DNA of 64,000 nt from an uncultured virus (IMG/VR IMGVR_UViG_3300030430_003815) (Duplodnaviria > Heunggongvirae > Uroviricota > Caudoviricetes), in the IMG/VR virus record IMGVR_UViG_3300030430_003815; one strand, given 5' to 3'. The position numbers and the translations under genes were made by a program. The notes beneath the pieces are model-generated. The model saw only the letters and a program-made list of their open reading frames with translations. It had not been told where the DNA came from and made no database searches. Each line of letters begins with the position of its first letter. The first letter of the stretch is position 1. Below, one piece after another: positions 57,971-64,000 of this stretch.

Positions 57971-58367
57971 AGAACCTTTTGAGCCTTGGGAAAACATTCC
58001 TCAAAAGACCATAAATTCATATGATATCGATGGTGTTATATACATGGGCGACTATGATGGATTAAGACCAGGACCAGATGATATTATAATTACTGGAAGG
58101 TCTATTAATACTGAAAAAGAAACTCAAAAAATGCTTCTTGAAAAAGGTATAACTAATCCTTTATACATGAACTTTAAAGATGAAGACTTTAATGATAGAG
58201 AACAATCTGGATTTCACAAAGGTTGGACTCTATTTCATCTTGAAAAGATGGGGTATCATATTGGAATTCATTACGATGATGACAAAGTCCAAATCAAAAA
58301 AATAAATGAAATGATGCCAGATATTAAATGTGTTCATATTAAGCACAAACTTGTACCAAAGGAGTAA
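57963..58367 (+). CDS. Capless HAD phosphatase
   Basis: YDIDGV, ITGRS, K, HYDDD motifs. Confidence 0.8.
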   Translation: MSREPFEPWENIPQKTINSYDIDGVIYMGDYDGLRPGPDDIIITGRSINTEKETQKMLLEKGITNPLYMNFKDEDFNDREQSGFHKGWTLFHLEKMGYHIGIHYDDDKVQIKKINEMMPDIKCVHIKHKLVPKE

Positions 58368-58369
58368 AC

Positions 58370-59440
58370 ATGTACAACTATGATTGGTGGTCTTATGATA
58401 AAGACATAATGAAAGATTTTAATCATTTCTTAAAAAAGATTAATACTCGAGCATGCATCAATTATGGTTTTATTGATGAGGAATATGAAAACTTGAATAG
58501 GCATGGCGAGTTAGATCATGGCCTAGGACGCAACGTAGAATATTTCCACCCTACAATTACTTTAGATGATAGAATGAGATATATTGGTACAGTCATTGCG
58601 CAACACGATATGTCAGATTTTAGTATCTTAGGTAATGGTATCATATCTCACTTTTATGGAGCACGAGGTTGTCATATGGCAGTTACAGGATCTAATGATC
58701 CAAACGACTGTTTTGTTGATTTTGATAGACTGGCTGAAAATGATAAAGATTATTTGCAACATCTTAGAAATAATATAGATAATGCTAAGAGATTAAAAAA
58801 ACCAATATGGGGTACAACAGAACTTCATACATCAATACAAGCAGCGTCAAGAAATTATTGTAGAGAAAAATATGATGATGCAAATAGATTATTTCATCCA
58901 GTTGATGTAGTTGATTGGGTAGCATCATTTAGAGATAATGGAACATATGAAGAACTTTTTGCTGCAGATCATATTGGTCAAGCTTATAAGATATTAAGAA
59001 AGTTGCCAGGTATTGGAGAATATTATGGATTTCACGGCGCGGCATCAACTAGTGTTTTGCCTCAAATGAAATATTATCATGATGATAAATTTGTAGCACC
59101 AGGGCCAGGCGCCGTATATACAATAGGACTCATGTGGCCAAAAGCTCCAAAAAAATATTATGCAGAAGCTATTTACTTCTTGAGAGAAAATAGTGATGAA
59201 ATCGGTCTTACAGAAGATGTTAGTTTCCATCCAGGCGCATATAATATTGACATGCCAGGTGGAAAAAAACTTTTTAGAGAAGATCAAAAAACTCTTAAAT
59301 ATTATGGTACTGAAGTTTTATCTTGTCAGTTCGGTATATACTTGCAGATTAGAGAAGATGCTAACATGTGCGCAAAACGTCAGGTATCAAGAGCTACAGT
59401 ACTTGAAGATCAAAATACATTAGAAAGTTTTATGCAATGA
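58370..59440 (+). CDS. aGPT-Pplase1-like (HhH-glycosylase fold) DNA base hypermodification enzyme
   Basis: LRKLPGIGEYY, FVAPGPGA, EVLSCQFGIY motifs; C-terminal TLESF tail. Confidence 0.7.
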   Translation: MYNYDWWSYDKDIMKDFNHFLKKINTRACINYGFIDEEYENLNRHGELDHGLGRNVEYFHPTITLDDRMRYIGTVIAQHDMSDFSILGNGIISHFYGARGCHMAVTGSNDPNDCFVDFDRLAENDKDYLQHLRNNIDNAKRLKKPIWGTTELHTSIQAASRNYCREKYDDANRLFHPVDVVDWVASFRDNGTYEELFAADHIGQAYKILRKLPGIGEYYGFHGAASTSVLPQMKYYHDDKFVAPGPGAVYTIGLMWPKAPKKYYAEAIYFLRENSDEIGLTEDVSFHPGAYNIDMPGGKKLFREDQKTLKYYGTEVLSCQFGIYLQIREDANMCAKRQVSRATVLEDQNTLESFMQ

Positions 59441-60423
59441 AAGCAATACTAAACTGTCCATTTATTCCAGTGGCAAAAAGAATAGCTTCTCATAGAGGAG
59501 CTCAAGGTGTCATGTATGGCGATATGATAAAACAAAAATATGGACATTGTGATGTCAACTTTGGTGGAGAGATTGTAGATCACAATCAGTATGATACGAT
59601 GTGGGTATATCATGGAAATGATTTTAGTGGTGGATTAAATATGTTTGGCGGTGTTTATGGATTTCCTTATGTAGAAAATACAGTAAACTTTTCTAAGTTT
59701 AAAGGAAAGATAAAATCAATAGCCATTGACTTCCCGCCATATCATGAATGGATAAAAGATAAATTAGATAAGGCTAAAAAAGATGTACAGCCTGAATGGG
59801 CCAATGTAGATTTAAATAATCTTGAAAGAATGTATAATGAAGCTGAAACCGTTGATTATCCAAATATGACTGATAAACTAGTCATAGGTGATTCACATTC
59901 AATATGCATGTATAGACCAGGTTGGACCGTCAATAGTATACCATTTAAAACTTTAAATGGAGCATTAAAAGAAGGTATCAAAACATTCATACCAAAAGGA
60001 AGTTTCAATCAAATAGAATTATATTTTGGCAATATTGATATAAGACATCATGTATGTAGGCTAAATGCCGATATAGAAGAATTAGCTGATAGGTATATCG
60101 AACAAGCAAAAGAATTAAATGCTAAAATATATGAACTACTGCCGATAGAAAACGAATCACGTAAGTTACCACAATCTGGATATTACAAAGGCGAACCTTT
60201 CTGGGGAACATGGCAAGAAAGAACAGATGCAAGAAATAAGTTTAATGATTATATTGAAAGCAAATATGGAATCATACGATGGACAGATAAATTATTAAAT
60301 AAAGCCGGTGAACTTGATTTTGCATGTATGGAAAAACCAAAGTCAATACATTTAAGTAGAGAATTCTATCCTCATTGGAATGGTGAAGAAGAAGTAAATA
60401 CATTAGAGGAGTTTTTCGGATGA
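59437..60423 (+). CDS. Putative DNA-modifying enzyme: BGT-like N-terminal domain fused to an SGNH-like domain
   Basis: QYDTMWVY...NMFGG...KFKGKIKSIAIDFP resembles the T4 BGT N-domain; VIGDSH, FGNIDIR, SIHLS resemble SGNH blocks; ends TLEEFFG. Confidence 0.55.
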   Translation: MKAILNCPFIPVAKRIASHRGAQGVMYGDMIKQKYGHCDVNFGGEIVDHNQYDTMWVYHGNDFSGGLNMFGGVYGFPYVENTVNFSKFKGKIKSIAIDFPPYHEWIKDKLDKAKKDVQPEWANVDLNNLERMYNEAETVDYPNMTDKLVIGDSHSICMYRPGWTVNSIPFKTLNGALKEGIKTFIPKGSFNQIELYFGNIDIRHHVCRLNADIEELADRYIEQAKELNAKIYELLPIENESRKLPQSGYYKGEPFWGTWQERTDARNKFNDYIESKYGIIRWTDKLLNKAGELDFACMEKPKSIHLSREFYPHWNGEEEVNTLEEFFG

Positions 60424-61616
60424 GCTTTGCAAGTATAGTACCACTTATAGGTGGTGAAACAATAGCAATGCAGAATGTATCAGGTAAAAAACCAGAATAT
60501 ATATTGAGCTATTCAGCGTTTGAAGCAAACGATAATCAATTAGTTGAGTACTATGATAACAAAGTCCCATACTATCATTTAGATGGTAACATGCCAAATA
60601 GTTTACCAACTGTAGAATCAGTTAATACTGTGTGTCCATGCGCAGGATTAAGCAGTCTTTCTCCAGTTGCCGGTACAAATAACAGTAATAATGATTGGAT
60701 GATTTCAACAGCTAAACATGTTTTAGAACATATTAATCCTAAAGTATTTTGGGGAGAAAACGCTCCAAGACTTGCAAGTAAAATGGGAGAACCTATTGTT
60801 AAGAATCTTAGAAAAATTGGTAGAGACAATGGTTATACATTTTCTATTTACAAGACTAAATCTATATTACATGGGCTAAGTCAAGTCAGAGACAGAACAT
60901 TTTATTTCTTTTGGAAAGGAAACAAAACTCCACAACTACCTTACTTTCGCAGAGATTATGAACGTATTGAAGATACTATTAGAAATACTAAACTTGAAAA
61001 AGATGATCCTATGAATACTCCTGCTAATAGTAAGGTTCCTACAGATAATCCTTTTTATAAGTATGTACTAGAAGAGATTGAAGGAGGAATAACACATTCA
61101 GAGTTTCAAGAAAAAATAGAACGTAGTACTAATCCTTTAGAAGAAATAGAAAGAGCTGGTATAAAATATCGTACTGTGGGTGAGTGGATGACTAAAAATG
61201 GTCATGATAGAGAAGCAGAAAAGTGTAAAAGAATGCACGATAAATTAGCATCAGGCGGTAATATAATGCGTAAAACTACTGAAATACCAAAAGATTATAT
61301 TGGAGCTTTTGTTGGTCATATGCCAACTTCATTAACACATCCTGATGAAGATAGGTATCTTACAGTAAGAGAATGTTTATCAATAATGAAACTACCAAAT
61401 GATTTTATGTTGCAGGGAGGATTAAAAAATCTTAATCACATTTGTCAAAATGTTCCAGTAACTACAGCAGAAGATATGGCTACAAGTGTTCATGCTTTTG
61501 TTGAAGGAAGACTTGATAACCAATTGATAGATACTGAATTTTTAGTGCAAGACAATAAAAGTAAATCATTAGATTATGAAAGAGATGTTTTGAAATTAGA
61601 TCAATTTATGGTATAA
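60420..61616 (+). CDS. C5-cytosine methyltransferase-fold protein with degenerate SAM-binding motifs
   Basis: CPCAG, GENAP, QVRDR, RYLTVREC; motif I reads IVPLIGG and motif X reads QNVP. Confidence 0.75.
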   Translation: MSFASIVPLIGGETIAMQNVSGKKPEYILSYSAFEANDNQLVEYYDNKVPYYHLDGNMPNSLPTVESVNTVCPCAGLSSLSPVAGTNNSNNDWMISTAKHVLEHINPKVFWGENAPRLASKMGEPIVKNLRKIGRDNGYTFSIYKTKSILHGLSQVRDRTFYFFWKGNKTPQLPYFRRDYERIEDTIRNTKLEKDDPMNTPANSKVPTDNPFYKYVLEEIEGGITHSEFQEKIERSTNPLEEIERAGIKYRTVGEWMTKNGHDREAEKCKRMHDKLASGGNIMRKTTEIPKDYIGAFVGHMPTSLTHPDEDRYLTVRECLSIMKLPNDFMLQGGLKNLNHICQNVPVTTAEDMATSVHAFVEGRLDNQLIDTEFLVQDNKSKSLDYERDVLKLDQFMV

Positions 61617-61626
61617 AGGAGAAAAA

Positions 61627-62379
61627 ATGAAAATAATGATAACTGGTTCAAGTGGTTTTGTTGGAAGCCATTTGAAAGAAAGATGGAAAGCTAAAGGTCA
61701 TCAAATTGTAGAATGGGATAGAAAAGAAGGAAAAGAACTAAAAGACATAGTTATTGATAGCGATACAAATTACGTTATTCATCTTGCAGCCTGGGCTGAT
61801 GTAAGAGCATCAATAGAAAGACCAAATGACTATTGGGAAAATAATGTTGTTACTACAACTAATATACAAAGAATATGTCATGAAAAAGGAATACAATTAT
61901 TTTATGCATCATCTTCTTGTGTACATGCATGGTCTAAATCACCATACGGTATAAGTAAGAAAGTAAATGAAGAAACAGCTTTTCCTGGTCAAGTAGGTTT
62001 ACGATTTACGACAGTTTATGGTGAAGGCGCTAGAGACACGATGATGATTGGAAAACTGGTACGAAACGAAGCAAATTATGCCACGAATCATGTAAGAGAT
62101 TTTATTCATGTTAGCGATGTTATGGATGTCATAGAAATGCTTATGAATAAACCTGTTCATATGCTTGAACCAGCTTATGATGTAGGAACTGGTATTGGAA
62201 ATAGAGTTGATTACTTAGCTAATGATATTTGTGGTTATGATCTTCCAGTCAAAGAAGGTCAATCTTGTGAGGCTTTAGATAATACCGCTGACATAACTTT
62301 ACTAAGAGATATGAAATGGGAACCAAAAGTAAATATCGTAGATTACTTGAGAGAAAAAACTACAGTACTCCACCAGTGA
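61627..62379 (+). CDS. NAD-dependent nucleotide-sugar epimerase/dehydratase
   Basis: ITGSSGFVG, HLAA, ASSS, YGISK, LRFTTVYG, RDFIHV. Confidence 0.9.
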   Translation: MKIMITGSSGFVGSHLKERWKAKGHQIVEWDRKEGKELKDIVIDSDTNYVIHLAAWADVRASIERPNDYWENNVVTTTNIQRICHEKGIQLFYASSSCVHAWSKSPYGISKKVNEETAFPGQVGLRFTTVYGEGARDTMMIGKLVRNEANYATNHVRDFIHVSDVMDVIEMLMNKPVHMLEPAYDVGTGIGNRVDYLANDICGYDLPVKEGQSCEALDNTADITLLRDMKWEPKVNIVDYLREKTTVLHQ

Positions 62380-62549
62380 TTGAACTTTTATTAGGTATAA
62401 TAGTAATTTTTTTAATATTGACTTTAGCATGGGTTGTATTGCTAATGATAGTATGGATTTTTTCAATAACCTTTACCATTGCAAGTTACATCTTTTTACC
62501 ATTGTTAGGAATACTTTTGGTAATAGCTTTAATTTCATCATTTTTTTAA
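62376..62549 (+). CDS. Small hydrophobic membrane protein
   Basis: GTG overlapping the upstream stop; almost entirely hydrophobic. Confidence 0.5.
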   Translation: MIELLLGIIVIFLILTLAWVVLLMIVWIFSITFTIASYIFLPLLGILLVIALISSFF

Positions 62550-62578
62550 TTTACATTTTAGTGAAAATATTATATAAT
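62550..62578 (+). promoter_or_regulatory. Early-type promoter for uvsX
   Basis: TTTACA-N17-TATAAT. Confidence 0.72.
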
Positions 62579-62606
62579 ATAATATATGACAAAATAGGAG
62601 AACTGC

Positions 62607-63644
62607 ATGTCAATAATGGATAAACTCAAAAAGAACTCAAAGCTAAGTCATACCGAAGTTCTTTCAGAGTCTAAATTTTTTACAGAAAAAGATATGGTAA
62701 CAACTGATGTACCTATGTTAAACGTTGCTCTATCTGGTTCTGTTGAAGGTGGCTTAGCACCAGGACTTACTGTATTAGCAGGTCCGTCTAAACATTTTAA
62801 AACTTCATTTGCATTAATGATTGCTTCGGCTTATTTAAAAAAATATTCTGAAGCTGTAATGCTATTCTATGATTCAGAGTTTGGTTCACCACAATCTTAC
62901 TTTCAACAATTTGAAATTGATACGTCAAGAGTTTTACATACGCCTATTACAAATGTAGAAGAACTTAAATTTGATCTTATAGGTCAACTTGAAAATCTTG
63001 ATCGTAATGATAAAGTTATTGTAGTTATAGATTCGATAGGCAACCTAGCATCTAAAAAAGAAATGGAAGATGCACTTAATGAAAAGTCTGTTGCGGATAT
63101 GTCTAGGGCAAAAGCACTTAAAGGTTTATTTAGAATGACCACACCATATCTTGCAATGAAGAATATTCCTTTACTAGCTGTCAATCATACTTATATGGAA
63201 ATTGGTTTATTTCCTAAAGCTGTTGTTGGTGGTGGTACGGGTATTTACTATTCTGCAGATAATATATGGATCATTGGCCGTCAACAAGATAAGAAAGGTA
63301 CCGAGATAAAAGGTTATCATTTTGTTATTAATGTAGAAAAATCAAGGTACGTAAAAGAAAAATCTAAAATTCCAATATCAGTTACTTGGGAAGGCGGTGT
63401 ATCCAAATTCTCTGGATTATTAGATGTTGCTCTTGCAGGTGGTCATGTTACTAAACCATCAAATGGTTGGTACCAAAGAAAAGGAGAAGAGAGCAAAGTA
63501 AGAGAAGCTGGAACTCTTGAAGAAAACTTTTGGGAGCCAATATTTGCAAATACAGACTTCAAAGATTTTATTAAGAGGCAATATTCAATAGGACATACCG
63601 CTCCTGTTGAGATGGAAGAGATTGCAGATGAACTCTCCGCTTAA
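62607..63644 (+). CDS. uvsX: RecA-like recombinase UvsX
   Basis: AGPSKHFKT, YDSEFG, DSIGNLASKKE, GGTGIYYSAD. Confidence 0.95.
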   Translation: MSIMDKLKKNSKLSHTEVLSESKFFTEKDMVTTDVPMLNVALSGSVEGGLAPGLTVLAGPSKHFKTSFALMIASAYLKKYSEAVMLFYDSEFGSPQSYFQQFEIDTSRVLHTPITNVEELKFDLIGQLENLDRNDKVIVVIDSIGNLASKKEMEDALNEKSVADMSRAKALKGLFRMTTPYLAMKNIPLLAVNHTYMEIGLFPKAVVGGGTGIYYSADNIWIIGRQQDKKGTEIKGYHFVINVEKSRYVKEKSKIPISVTWEGGVSKFSGLLDVALAGGHVTKPSNGWYQRKGEESKVREAGTLEENFWEPIFANTDFKDFIKRQYSIGHTAPVEMEEIADELSA

Positions 63645-63945
63645 AGAAAATGTCGATTATGAATTCATAGCTGTAGGTGGGGAAGAAAATTCTTGGAGAG
63701 TTAGATTCCTCACAGGTCCATATCCTGAAACAATTATATCATTTGGAAAGGTAACAGCTTTCGAAAATGAACATAGTGATGATGCAACTCTTAAGTTTGA
63801 TTTTGATATACATTATAGCCCAGACGAAATGCTTACCGATAAAGATGCAGGTCTTCAAGATGCTGCGGGTAACGTATTAGTTGCTATACTTGAGAGTTCA
63901 ATAATAGGAAAAGAAATTTTTACAACATCGAGCGAGGATAAATGA
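63628..63945 (+). CDS. Hypothetical protein in the T4 gp40 position
   Basis: Synteny between uvsX and gp41. Confidence 0.55.
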   Translation: MNSPLKENVDYEFIAVGGEENSWRVRFLTGPYPETIISFGKVTAFENEHSDDATLKFDFDIHYSPDEMLTDKDAGLQDAAGNVLVAILESSIIGKEIFTTSSEDK

Positions 63946-64000
63946 ATACAAATATAGAACAAGTAGTTCTAAAGAATATTCTCACGAATGAGAAATATAT
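63942..64000 (+). CDS. gp41: Start of replicative helicase gp41 (truncated by the window edge)
   Basis: MNTNIEQVVLKNILTNEKY resembles gp41 N-termini; synteny. Confidence 0.6.
   Translation, partial: MNTNIEQVVLKNILTNEKY

Noticed and set aside
9351..63184. Numerous short minus-strand and nested ORFs (e.g. 9351, 26621, 31396, 37855, 43952)
   Set aside because: They lie within well-supported + strand genes and have no recognisable motifs
1..64000. tRNA/rRNA genes, alternative genetic code, cyanophage photosynthesis genes
   Set aside because: Intergenic gaps are short and show no cloverleaf; core genes translate full-length in the standard code; no psbA/hli-type genes in this window

Overview
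AT-rich window of a T4-like (myovirus) phage genome, most likely marine; a pseudoazurin and a ROSE-like hsp20 leader hint at an alphaproteobacterial host (inference). Essentially all genes are on the + strand. 1-33 kb is the late/virion module: fibre-like proteins, gp13-gp20, an inserted fibre cassette, gp67/68-like, gp21-23 and gp3. 33-51 kb is recombination/replication (uvsY, uvsW, gp55, gp47, gp46, gp45, gp44, gp62, regA, gp43) with metabolic inserts. 51-62 kb is a nucleotide/DNA-modification island, followed by uvsX and the start of gp41. The best candidate for an undescribed system is a DNA hypermodification locus: a T4 gp42-type dCMP hydroxymethylase, myo-inositol-phosphate synthase plus HAD phosphatase, and three consecutive enzymes (aGPT-Pplase1-like; a BGT-N-domain/SGNH fusion; a C5-MTase-fold protein with a degenerate SAM site). 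All three end in a tail resembling the polymerase's sliding-clamp-binding tail. A second candidate is a pervasive Asp-Ser motif across virion proteins that may be a modification sequon. All family calls come from motif recognition by eye, without database searches.
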